Source: Chrysomallon squamiferum (Eukaryota > Animalia > Mollusca). Taken from it: DNA of 64,000 bases. Below are positions 1-27,016 of the stretch, piece by piece. Position 1 is the first letter of the stretch. Each line of letters begins with the position of its first letter. Both the position numbers and the translations under genes were made by a program. The stretch lies in NCBI GenBank assembly GCA_012295275.1, contig CM022670.1:40486001-40550000 (forward strand), written 5' to 3'. The notes beneath the pieces were generated by a model. That model ran no database searches. It was given only the letters and a program-made list of their open reading frames with translations, and was not told where the DNA came from.

Positions 1-312
1 TTACTGTGTCTTTTTATAATTATTTGTATTTCAAGATTATGTTCAGCAGTTTAAAAAGGTAAAAGTTTTATTTAACAATAAGCGTTCAGTCAGTTATCTG
101 AAATATGTGTGTTTGCCACTTTTACAAATATTAATTTTATTATGTTTTAGTATTAAAGAAAGTATAACGTATACACAGTCGAGCAAGTTTTCATCATTTG
201 TGGTTAAAGAAAAGAAAGAGGTTATTTGGCAGAGATAATAAAAACAACAACAACAACAAGTATAACAACAAGAAGAAAATCTCAATACAAAATAAAGCAT
301 GAAAATACTTAC

Positions 313-6448
<6,136 letters not shown>

Positions 6449-7030
6449 GTTTGTTTGTTTTTCTTCTTTGGCTTCACACCTATCAGCATACCTTTAACCT
6501 GTACATTGGATTAATTACCAGTTCTTATCTTCTACACGTTAATGTATTACAGACACACACATAGCTAAGGTAGGTATTTTTCAGTAGAGCAGGTCTCTGT
6601 TCCAGTGTTTGCCTAACTTGTCGTATTTCTCGTGGGTTTGTTAATTTCGTATCTATAGGTTATTAATCGGCTAATACTTAATAAAGCATGGAGGGACCAA
6701 TTGACGGGTTGTTGCCATTTGGTGCTTTAATCTTTTGTAGTTAATTCTTCTATTTGCTTAAACTAACCGGCGCTTAGATTGATCGTGTTGGATTTCGTTG
6801 CAGTTGTTTTTTTTTTTGTTTTTTTCCATAATATCGGTGGCCAGAAAAACAATAACTGAGAAGAAGAAGAAGAAGAAGGAGAAGAAGAAGAAAAAGGAGA
6901 AGAAAATAAGAAAGATATTAATATAAAAATATACTTACATCTTAATTACTATTAAGAAAATAATTCGTAATCTGTCTTTTCGTCAAAATATGACTTAATG
7001 GATTATCGGTGTTGTTGTTTTTGTTAATAC

Positions 7031-7076
<46 letters not shown>

Positions 7077-7618
7077 GCTGTTATTATCAATATCACTATC
7101 ATCATTATCATCTTTGACTTTGCATTTTTCTTATTAACGTGTTTCTAGTCGGATTCTTTTCTTTACAGGATTGCACGATTTAGCAAAGATTATCATACGT
7201 ATTTTAATAATGCACAATATAAAAGAAATCACTTGCTACAAATCTGTAAACGTATCATACAGATAGCAGCAGTGGATTTACTCTTTTGTAACGCCTGTGT
7301 GTAACTACGTATGAACCACTGACAAAATGGTTTCCACCTAATAACTACTAATATATATTAAATGAGTGTTGACTTATAGATAAAATATTCATTCTTTGAA
7401 CACGTATTATATAATGTTGTAATTTTAAAGCTGGATGTATAAATAAATGGAAGGAAAAAAAGAATTGTAAAACTTATTCTATATGAGAAATGATAAAAGG
7501 TAAAGCTTGTTTGTTTTCGAAGGGTCCCGTCAGTGTCCAACATGAATTTTAATTTTGAAAGATTAAATTAGTAATATAATGTATATTTGTCAGTTCCAGA
7601 CTCAGGAACTGAAAGCTT

Positions 7619-7672
<54 letters not shown>

Positions 7673-8270
7673 TTATTTATTTTTCTGCAGTTATGTATAA
7701 CGATAGAAAAACAGAAAGAAAGAAAGAAAGAAAGAAAGAAAAAAATTAAAAAAAACACAACAAAAATAAGAACAACAAAAAGCAGCTGTAAATTATATAA
7801 ATTAATAATCGAACTGTAGTAATCGTCCATGTTCATTATTCAAAAACTGTTGGTAAAGTCGTGATCTCTCCTTGATGTTTTGGTCGGAGTAAAAATACTG
7901 TATCGGTTCTTTCCACTACGAAAGATCAATCACACAGTAATAAACGAATTCACTAAAAATATGTGGTGAATTTATTGAAAGGTTTGAAACGTTTAGTTTT
8001 GCATAAGAATTAATAAATGTATAAACGAATATTTGGTTAACATCAAGGAATATTTTTTAAATTATTTATTGACTGACTGATCGATCGATGGATCGATTTA
8101 TTCACAGTACTGTACGAGTTGAAACCCACAACCATTACACAATGCCTTATGCTCATTAACGTCTTTTTTTGGCATTTTCCAACACATATACACACTTTTC
8201 CCTCTCTCTCCTTTGGACTGTAGTCACTGAACTGTCGATCTGAACTGACAATCAGGCCCTACGTTACAGT

Positions 8271-8422
8271 CTGTGACGTAGAGTGGGCGGTGCCACTGAG
8301 GCGGTTGCCCCGGGCGCAGAACTTTTAGGTTCACTACTGGACTAGTGGACTAGTTTCCACAGATTTGAGGGCGCAGTACTCTTGCCTTGTCCCAGACACT
8401 GGCAACCAGCGCTGAGCCTCTG
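8271..8422. mobile_element. Degraded GC-rich non-autonomous DNA-transposon-like element
   Basis: GC-rich island in AT-rich context; ends ctgtgacgtag...gctgagcctctg are decayed inverted termini; internal gttgccccgggcgc and ttgccttgtcccagacac motifs. Confidence 0.35.
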
Positions 8423-11400
8423 ATTACAATACAGATATGTTGTATGTTACTCAGTTAACAAAAATTTGTCACTAATCTACATTAAGTTGAAGGGCATCAT
8501 TGTTAACTTGTATAATTATCAAAAACTAGTCGGTACAGCAAATGCGTAGGACATACATAACTATTTTCAACAGGTCAAAGAAACAACCACAAATAACAAT
8601 ATTTACTTTGTTTATTTTCCTCTTTATTATTATTGTATTGCCTGCTGGTTTTGACATCGATGTCTTGCTATGATCAAGTATTTGCAAAACAGTCCAGGTA
8701 TTACGTAAAAGAACATGACACACACATCATACAAGAAACATGTTTTGTTTTATATAACGGTCGTTATGAAGACAATGCTATACTTGGTTCTGTAATACTG
8801 ACGGAACAATGAGGTGAACAATATACATTTGTCATTCATAAAATTACAGTAGTTCACAGCAGAGGTTTCTAGTGTTAGTAAATATTTAAAAAATAATAAA
8901 ACTGAAAAGAAATGCTTTTTAAGACCTTTGTGATACTAAACAAAAAAAAAAACAAAAAAAATCGTTTCTGATGTAAAAATAAATGCAAGGTAATTGTAAC
9001 TATTCTTCTAAAATAAACGACCACAGATATAAACGCAGATTTAAAAAAAATAATAATAATAATTTAAAATTTTATTACCCTTAATAATGGTAATGAATGG
9101 CAAAAATAAATGGTACTAAATAAATAAACTAATGAAATCTACACTACAAAACTAAAAAAACATTAAACACTAAAATTCAAATCAACAGCACTAACAAATG
9201 AATAAATTAATGACGTTTCTAAAGTCTGATTTTTTAAAACAGTATTTCTAAAAAGAAATTAACTATGTGTAATGCTGAGAACTACAATGTCAGTTAAAAT
9301 GTTGTACTAAAAAGACATTATTTTCTAATGTGAGTTTTTAGTGACTTTGTCAAAGAAACATCAAGTGAACATATATATTGTTAACACTCACAGACATACA
9401 GACAGTCTGATACTAAATTAGATGAATTAGAAATAGATAAATAATGGAAATATATGTTAATCTGGGTTAAGAGTTACGTGCAAACTTTGTACAATACTGG
9501 TATTAATTAAAAAAAAAAAAAAAAAAAATAATAATAATAATAATAACAACAACTACTTCAGTGGGAATGCTGAATAATAAATATTTTTAAATTATGGAGA
9601 AAAAGAAACTACAGAGAATGATATATCCTAAAATACATAAAAAATGCATGGATATTTATGAATGTGATAAAAACAAAAAATACTTCTTCATTTATCACTT
9701 AAAAACAGTTAACACTCTTGAGTGCAGTAAAAACTGACCTAATAATTTTTGTTAAAAAGTCACATTTTATCAAAATTATCTTTGGATCAAGACTGTTTTA
9801 AATATATAAATTGCACATATTTAAATTTTTTATTTATATTTGAGTTTGCTAATATGAACATTTAACCTTCTTAAGATTGTAGAATTTAAAAATACAATTC
9901 TCCTTCCTACAAAGTGGACACTTTCATTTCGTAATGAACACATACACGAATAAAAATGGTAATATAAAACAAGTGTATGAAATAAATAGTAACAAAAACA
10001 TATAATGGATGGAGATTAAAAAAAAAAATTAAAAAAAAATCTACAGCCTAATATATCTCTATTCTAAACCCTAAAATGCTAAACTGCTTGGAACATTTTA
10101 AATTTTTAAATGAGGTAGATCCAGACATGGAATCCAACAATGTTTTTTTTTGTTTTTTTTTTGTTTTTTTTTTTGCATTCAACATCAATTATTAGTTTTA
10201 TTACATAATTCCAACAAACATTTCAAAGTCATCATTTCAACATAAGTGACAACTTTAGTAGCATGTAAGAAAAATGCACAATATTCTTTTACCTATCCAC
10301 AAAAAACACTGATTTTGTAGTCAGTTAGCTTGTAAAATTCATTGCATACGAATTATGTAAAAATATATTTTGAAATCTACGTTACTGACTTGTAATTATA
10401 TCAGTTATTAAATGTGACAATGAAGTATGAAAAACAAGGCTAGGAAAATCATTTTTAAACTCTTTTTTCATTCAGACCCAATATGAAAACACAAAGTGAA
10501 GACACAGTTGTTTTAAAAATTAAAAACAACAGCTAAATACTGTCACTGACTCAAAATAAGCAACTCTACACTATACAGTTTTAGATACAAATTTTCCAGA
10601 TATGAACAGAATTTTTATAAATCAACAGATAACACTTATTAATGTTCTAACAGTCTTAGAATTGATGCAAAAATCCCTTTGAAAACATCACAGTGATCTT
10701 GAAAATAAATTTTTGAGATTTTTTGAGGTTTTTGATAATGAAATATACCAGTTTCAGCAGAAGTGTAGATGAACGAATATTTTGTAAAGAGATACACATA
10801 TAACGTGAAAATTAACTGCTGTTAAATGTCTAGAATTTCAAGTAATCTGAACACTATTTTATTTACTTCACACATATATGAATACAAACTAGGTTCAGTT
10901 TTAACAACATGACAGTTTTACTGAAAGTAAATTCACTACATTTACAGCATACTATCTCACGATACATACAATACCCACATATACAACTGTAACCAAACAT
11001 TCCCAAGACAAATGTATTAGAAACATCTTTCATACTATTTACAAGTACATTAATGTTTTAAATTTGTCAAAGACTAGTTAATTTTTCTGGTTAACATGTC
11101 AATAAGATCAAATCACAATGAAATTAGTACACCACAATATGAGTTACAAAACAAACCTATAATAAAACTGTAAAACAAAATATATCTAGTGTCTGCACAT
11201 ACGTAAAAATGTGTTAAAAGTAAGTGGAGATGTTTTAATAATTAGTCAAAATTAATCCTGGAGTTAATTCAATAACTGGTTGTAAAAAAAAAAAAAAAAA
11301 AGTTTTTATATATACATATATATTTACTGAAACTCATCTTTGGAGTTATTTAATATCAAAATACTATGAGTTATCTACTAAACTGGCTAAACCGTATCTT

Positions 11401-13528
11401 TAGTTATTTCAATAATCAGTGGCTTTTAATCTTTGAATTTAAAAAACGTATTGATAAGTAACAATTATGCAGTTATTTAAATAACTGTACAAAATTATCA
11501 CACAACCTCATTTAGTAATTAATCACAGTCAACAGTCAGTCTTTTTAAAATCATCTCTTGGAAATAACCTTTCATTTGCTTGTAGTATGTTGATATAATT
11601 AAACATTTTGGACATTTAACGTTACTTATGAAAAGCAAAACATGAGGACTACTTACTGAAATCAAGGGACGGAATGTTTTTTAATTTTTTATCACAGATG
11701 TGGAAATGTTTATCACATGTAAATCACAACACCAAATAAATTATAAATATATATATTAAAAAAAATAAAAAAATTGGTTCTATACTGTATAAGTGGATAT
11801 TCTAAAGCTCTGACAGTGAGACATAAGATAATTAAATATTAATAATTTACTGTAGTCTATTTGTAGCATCAAACATGACAGCATTTAATTAATGCCAAAA
11901 TAAAACAGTGAAATGACTTAACATAACACAGTGTATTCAAGATGTTCAATTCACATTATAATTTGTTTACAGATGTGACCGGTTACAATAATTATTTCTA
12001 TTAAAAACTGACATATGTGGAATGCAGACATCAACAACAGTTTCTCATTAATATATTAATTTTACATAAATCATTGCTTTGACAGTGTGAAAAATAAAAA
12101 GTGAAAAAAAGAAATTCAATGTAAAATTGAAAACATGTGTCCCTTTCAATGTAAATAATTTTAAAAAGTGACACCAGTAAAATGGATGGAATGATTATTC
12201 GTAAGAATAATAATAGTATCATCAAAAAGTTTATCACAACTATCAACGGAAAAAATCTGATGATAAAAGTAAATAAAAAATAAATAAATATCCAGCTTAT
12301 TTAAGTTAAAGTGTAATTTCAGTCAGTCAGTTATGTCCAGTCTTAGTTCACGGAATTAAACCTTAAGAATGTTTTAAAAACTTTACAAATATTCTTAGAC
12401 TTAATTCAGTTAACTAACATAGAATATGAACTCCTTTTCCAGATAATTCGTCCTCAGTTCTTAGATAAAGGTTTAAATAAAGATAATTTCATGTTATAAG
12501 AGGATGGAACAATCAATATATGTTAGTACTTTTTGTTTTTAATTATGTTTGTCGTATTATTTAGATCCAATTTCATTATATAAATTTAATTAAATTTTAT
12601 ATTGAGAAAAAACATCACCAAAAAGGTACTGAGACATGCCTACTGTCTGTTTTATATATTATTTTAATATTACATCAGTATCTCTAAATCACCTGATACA
12701 GAATTATATATAACACTATGGCTCTTCTTAAATAGGCACTGGAATGTATGGTTTTCAATAGTTTAGTTACAAATGAAGATATTTATTACTATTATTATTA
12801 TTATTATTATTATTATCAAACTTAATGGAGTTTCAATTATTATCAAATATAATTTTAGAAAAAATAATAAAAGCTTAATAATGTCTTTATTATTAAAATA
12901 ATTTTTGCAGTGTGGAATTTAGAACTATTTTTGACCCCAGGGTAAAAGATTTCATTAATTAAAAAACTATTCATAAAGTCACAGAAAATTCATCAACACT
13001 TCTGTGTTAATTAAAAATAATAATACCTGTACAGCCCTTATTATGTGTATATTAATTTCAAAAATTTCTTCCACCTCATTTGCATATCCATATCCATATA
13101 TATATATATATATATATGTCCAATTCAACCTACTTTGGCAATATTCAACATTAATAGTATTAATATTATTATTATATATATATATGTAGATGTTTTTAAA
13201 AAAAAATGTTATGTACCACCTCTAACAAAGCAATACGGTGAAAACAAACAAACATTACATACTCCTTTTTTTTTTTTTTTCAATCATTCAGCATGCCTAG
13301 AATTATGTTTGCCAGCAAACAACAATATCACTGTTCCAGACGACACGTCTGACATCACACAGAATGATGATTTAAAAACCACCGCTCACAATACCGACTG
13401 TGGGTGGACGCACACGAATGGTCAGAAGGATGGACGGATGAGTCAAGGCGATGGAACAGAATGGGGTGTGGTGTGTGAAGGGTGTGTAAACAGCAGTCTG
13501 ACACCAGGGAAGGAGCAGCTCAGTGCGC

Positions 13529-21337
<7,809 letters not shown>

Positions 21338-21793
21338 GCTTAGTTCCTAAACAGAAATTAATATTTTTGTCGACTGTCATGGATGCCGGAAGTTGTAATG
21401 ATACAGTAGTTAATCGAACGAAGTAGTTCTCCAATTTTATCTCATTTCTTGATTATACCGTCAATACATTTTAAAATAAAGTTGATTTTTCGATATGGCA
21501 TACAAGATATTATTTGTAAATTTGTATATACTTCCACATAATTCAGTTTTCAGAAATGCGATTTGATTTTAACGTTCTAAAAATACAAAACATTGACAGG
21601 TCGGCGTCATAACCTTTTCGGAAAGTTTGGCCTGTTGTTATGACAATGACCCGTATGTTGCGTTAATTTTAGAATAGGAAAACGTCGTGTTTCTCCGCCA
21701 CTGATACGACAGTATACGAATTCTGCCGATGATGTATTCCTGATGTATAAAAGCTGGTTTTCCTTCGTACTGTAACTTTCGACTTGAGACAAA
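21338..21793. promoter_or_regulatory. Putative bidirectional promoter of MAPK15 and the GNAT gene
   Basis: Divergent genes; CpG-enriched; ETS/GABP-like CCGGAAGT at 21386-21393; X-box-like GTTGTTATGACAAT at 21634-21647. Confidence 0.55.
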
Positions 21794-22308
21794 ATGGATG
21801 TTTATTCGGAAAAATATATGAATCAGCTACTCTAATTTCCTAAAGGTTTGTTCAGTATAATAATAATGTATTATTAAACAAATGTATATGAAAAGTACCA
21901 CGTCGCTCAGATATCTTACTAACGTACTAAATTCTATCACAAACAATAATGAAGCATTAGACTATTTAGTCATCATAATGGATGGTGCATAATAAATATA
22001 TAAAAAATACGGTTATAAATTATGATTCACTGAAATATTAGGACATAATTTAATGATGTTTAGATTGCAGGAGTTTATGGCAATATTCTTCTTTTTTTTA
22101 AATTAATGTGGAGATATGAACATAAAATGTTAATATAATATAAACATTACATAAAAGAATAAAAACAATTTTATTTATTTATTATTATATGATGATGGTG
22201 ATGATAATGGTTATTGCCACTATCATTATTATCATTGTTGTTATTAAACTTATTGTTGTTTTGTTGTTATTGTTGTTGTTATTATTATTATTATTATTAT
22301 TTTTTAGA

Positions 22309-22782
22309 ATGCTGAAGATCACTGAAGTAGACATAAGCACATCTAGATACAAATTTAGACAACTGTCTAGAGATGTCTCAGGACATTGCTTTGATATTCC
22401 AGAAGGAAACAACATTTTCTTTGCCTTCTACACAGCCCACAAGCTACAGTTACATGTTGGATGTATTACATTCTCTCTGGCTGATCTGAAAGAAGAAACA
22501 TGCCCTGAACACAAATTTGAATCTGAATATTTTCACCAGATTACTTTCATGTTTATTAAGCGTGATTACCAGGACAGAGGTTACGGAAAAGAGCTGATTA
22601 AAAATGTGTTTGAGAAAATGGCTGCTCATGATTTTTACAGGCCAGTTCATGTGCAGAGTGCGGTCAGAGCTGTTGGTTTCTTTGAGAAGATGGGATTTGT
22701 CAGGGTGGGTCAGCCTCTCGATACTCTGGGCTGTGGGTCACATCTTTTTCGGACAATTGTAAATATGGAGAAAAAACTGTAG
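22309..22782 (+). CDS. GNAT-family N-acetyltransferase, 157 aa, single coding exon
   Basis: Acceptor tttttag directly before A-ATG; acetyl-CoA-binding motif A FIKRDYQDRGYGKELI and motif B AVGFFEKMGF; likely 5' UTR exon ending at 21845 (AAAG|gtttgt); AATAAA near 23133. Confidence 0.85.
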   Translation: MLKITEVDISTSRYKFRQLSRDVSGHCFDIPEGNNIFFAFYTAHKLQLHVGCITFSLADLKEETCPEHKFESEYFHQITFMFIKRDYQDRGYGKELIKNVFEKMAAHDFYRPVHVQSAVRAVGFFEKMGFVRVGQPLDTLGCGSHLFRTIVNMEKKL

Positions 22783-23731
22783 GTGTAACTTCCATCTAAC
22801 TTGTTGGGGGTGTCTTTATCTAGTCATTCATTCATGAAATGTATTTCAGTTACTTCAGGAATCATAATTTTAAAATGTGTTTATGATTTGTTTTTGTTTT
22901 TTTGTCTTCTTATTAAGAAAAAAATTGTTAACGACAATCATGCCAAAATTGAAATTGGAAAAAACATCCACTATTTTATATGTGTCTGTCTTTTGCATAA
23001 ATTTACAGATTTTCTGATGACGTTTAAAATATCACAATTAACTTTATCGTTATTTTTTTATATAAAACTGTATGCCCCATTTTGGACACAGATAATATAC
23101 AACGTTTTGTAAGGTGTATTGTACTGTTTTCAAATAAAAGTATTTTTGAAAATACATTTTCTTGTTCATTTATATATTATTATGTGGGGACTTGACTTGG
23201 TGGATTTATAAGATGGTACTAAATATTTGTTATTATGAATTAACATAATAATAATTATTATTATTGTGTGTGTGTGTGTGTGTCAAGTCAAGTTAGCACA
23301 TTGTTACTTAATTAATAATCCTGCATATGGCATTGGCTTGAATTATTACGAGGCTAATGTATATGCAGGGACTGACATAGCCCTAAAACCGACTGAATCA
23401 GTGAATGCTACTACTACTTCTACTGAAGCTCATCATCATGTTATATTTTCAATAACAGTAGCTGCATCAATTTTGCTCTTTGTTTTAAAAATAAGAACAA
23501 TAATGAGTGAAGTAAATAATTACAACAATTGAATTTAATAATAATAATAATATAATTATACACATATACACACATATATATTACATGTGATCAAAGCCTA
23601 CGTCAATGCCACTGGAATAAAATATTAATGGTCTTAGTTCCGGTTCCGTTAATGTGGTTCCGGTTTTGAAACGCCGAGCGTGAAAACTGTGGATTTTATT
23701 CTTGCTGTCTGTTTAATGAGGATTTTCTAAA

Positions 23732-24905
23732 ATGTTCAAAAAGTAAGACATATTGTAGGAATAATTAATTCAGATCCATATTTAAATAAAACACATATAA
23801 TAAGATTTACATAATTTTTTTTTTTTTTTTACTGAATTACCTATTAAATGTATGAAAAAGAAACTACTGGCAATAACTATTGAATACATTATGATTATGA
23901 TTATGATTATATAATCGTTTTAATATTGCCAATAGGCTGAATAGCATAATGATAAACTGAGAATCGGAAAAATCTCCCTTCACAATTTCATAATTGAAAG
24001 CGAAATATGTAAGCTGAGGAAGTCTTAACACTGTCCCTTTAACTGAGTCAAAACATACTCTAAACGAGTAAACGAATCATAGCATCAAACTATAGTCTAT
24101 AAGTCTGACTCTATGATAAATAAATCTAAACATTATAAAATATATTTTATCACATAATTAATAATATTACAGTTTACATGTAACATGATGAAGATCTGCT
24201 TGAAATCTGAAAGTTATATAAAATTACCGTTTCGCTGTTAATTTTCAGGTTATCATCATAAATATCAATATCAATATGGTATCATTTTATAGGTCTTTTT
24301 TTTCTTCATATGCTCTTTCCAGTGATGCAGAAGTAATTTTAATCTGAAAACGTATTTAATTTATTTATTATTATATTTAAGGGCAAGGTTAGCCTGTATT
24401 GTTACTACTATATTACAACTATAAATTTTATTTTCATATCCAGACAGTTTTCATATACTTTATGTTTTTTCTTTTTTGACAAAAAAAAATTACATCAAAT
24501 TTGTTAAGTAAAGCATTTTAGCTAGATATTTAAGTGTATGCATTGTAAAAGTGATTCCTTCTATGCAGGAATAGTAGTGCAGTTTGCCTTTCCCATTTTT
24601 GTGGCCACTCTTTCTCTTATGTCTGAAATTCAGAAAACGCCCATCCACATTTGTCTAAATTCTCAATAAAACATTGATAATCATTGCAATCAATATTGCC
24701 ACATTAGACCAATGAACAAATATAAATGACACTTTTTAGTGCCAATAAACAAGTAATTGAAATATAACCATAATTTTTTTTGTGCCAATAAACAAATATG
24801 AACAGCACTTTTAGCTCATAAAAGTTTATTTATGAGACCTTGTCAGTTCTGCCCTACCCATTTTTCAGTCTGGGTAGAAATTATGTGTACGTGTGATGAG
24901 TCTGA

Positions 24906-24949
<44 letters not shown>

Positions 24950-27016
24950 ATATATATTATTTATTTTTTAATTTGATTTTTAAACAAATATTTACAGATT
25001 TGATGAAAAGGAGATGATCTCCAATGTGAACAATGCCAAATCATCAGTTCAGAAAGGAATCAAAGCCTCATTACTGGAACAGTATCCACAGATAGAGAGC
25101 TACTTAGACCAGATTTTACCTAAAAAAGATGCCTTGAAAATTATTAAATGGTATTAATATAAATACATTTTGCCATTTTTATTGTTAAAATACTCAAAGA
25201 TTTTTTAAATTACCACATAATTGTTACTGTACTAGTTCTTTGATTTTCAAATAACGTAATATTGATGAATTTTGATGTTTTTAACATTACAGTGATAATT
25301 TAAAAAAAAAAAATCTTATTTAAAGATGCTTTTTGTATTAATTAAGATTTTTTCTTTCAGTCATGAGCATATAGAAATATTGGCAGGCCAGAGTGGAGAA
25401 CTGCTTTTCTTCAGGCAAAGAGATGGTGCTTACTGCCCCACACTAAAACTGGTTCACAAATGTAAGTCTTTGAATTTCAATCATCTTAAAATTAATTATA
25501 CTAATTTTATTAAGTTTGACAATGGAATTATGAAAGCGTTAATATTATATAATTTGTACTGTATTCTAGTTATTTTGTTTCTGAAAAACATTCTGTATCT
25601 AACACTGTGGACGTGTTAAATGCTGCTCATTCGTATTTATTTGTATGGCATACTTAAACTTCAAAAATGAAAATCTTAGTTATAATATAGTACAATTTTA
25701 TTTCATAAACATGTTTCTGGCATTTATTTGTGTTGGTTACAAACATTACAGTCTGCATTTGAGACTATCTGTCATGTACTGATGTGTTATGTGTTATGCA
25801 CTGATTTGTTGAAATTCTCAAAAGAATAAAGACAAGTAAAATACTTACCTGAAAAATAGGTCTAGATCAATCTTTGGTATTTGCTTTCTTTTCTAACAAA
25901 AAAAGAAGAATATAATTAAAAATATCCTTTGATGTAAGTGATGGTACTGAATTTCTTTTCTTGCAGTAATATTATTAAATGAGCATAAACATAATCAGTT
26001 TAATGTAAAAAATATATCGTTGTTAAGAAATTAATTTATTTTTGTTTGTTTTAGATCCATTTATTCTTCCACACATGCAGGTGGACAAAGGAGCCATCAG
26101 ATTTGTTCTTAGTGGTGCTAACATCATGTGTCCTGGTTTAACATCTCCTGGTGCTAGAATGACTCGCGTTCCGAAGGATACAGTTGTGGTAATAACATAC
26201 ATAAATACAAAGATAATATATATATATATATATATATATATTCAGTTGAATATTTAGCTTTTTAATAAAGTAACAACGTTTTTTAAAATATTTTTATTTT
26301 TATATATTTTTTTTATAATACATTATTATTATTTTTCATTTTGTTCTTGTTCTTATTATTTTTCCAGCTATTTTCATAATATGAGCATTTTCATTTTCAT
26401 TGCAATTATTTGTCAGATGTTAATGTCTCTTATTATTTATTAATAATGTTGACAGTCGTACACATCTTTGTGAATTATTTCTGCCAAATCTTCTCATGTT
26501 TACTGATATAGTTGGCAGATCACATAAAAAACGAGATTATTTATTCTCCTTCTACAAACTGCTTATTTTTCTTTGACCATTGACTAGGCTGTGATGGCAG
26601 AGGGTAAACAACACGCCCTTGGTATCGGTCTAACCAAGTTGTCAGCTGTTGATATGTAAGTCTGAGAATCACTTGATTTTATCTTTTAACTTACAAATTA
26701 GCTTTAATAATAGTTAAAATTCATTTTACTGATTCTTTTCTGTGAACGACAAAAGATTAATACTTTTGATGAAGTGGTTCAGAAGTACTAAAATCTGCAA
26801 ATAATTTTTTATTAATATTTTTTAATCTATAAATCAGTATTTAAAAATAAAAAAAATATAATATATATTGTTACTACTTAAACTACGGTTAGTAGTTTTA
26901 TATTTTTAAATGATTATTATTTATTTCTTTTCAGTTTGGAAAAAAATAAAGGAATTGGTGTAGAAAATATTCATTTTCTCAATGACGGACTATGGAATAT
27001 GAAGCCGGTTAAATAA
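23732..27016 (+). CDS. MCTS1: Malignant T-cell-amplified sequence 1 (PUA-domain translation re-initiation factor), 182 aa
   Basis: Exons 23732-23742, 24998-25150, 25361-25461, 26055-26188, 26588-26655, 26935-27016; MFKKFDEKE...KSSVQKGIK...CHEHIEIL...[26 protein letters not shown]...AEGKQHAL...[17 protein letters not shown]. Confidence 0.97.

Noticed and set aside
8500-13500. 5-kb gene-free AT-rich stretch
   Set aside because: No phase-consistent exons found; may be a long MAPK15 3' UTR but this cannot be supported from sequence alone
22189-22308. Hydrophobic N-terminal extension of the GNAT ORF
   Set aside because: Encoded by an intronic (ATT/GTT)n tract ending in a splice acceptor; not a real transmembrane segment
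24185-24210. ATGATGA...CTGA with a short stem in MCTS1 intron 1
   Set aside because: Only 15 nt between the boxes and no downstream D box, too short for a C/D snoRNA
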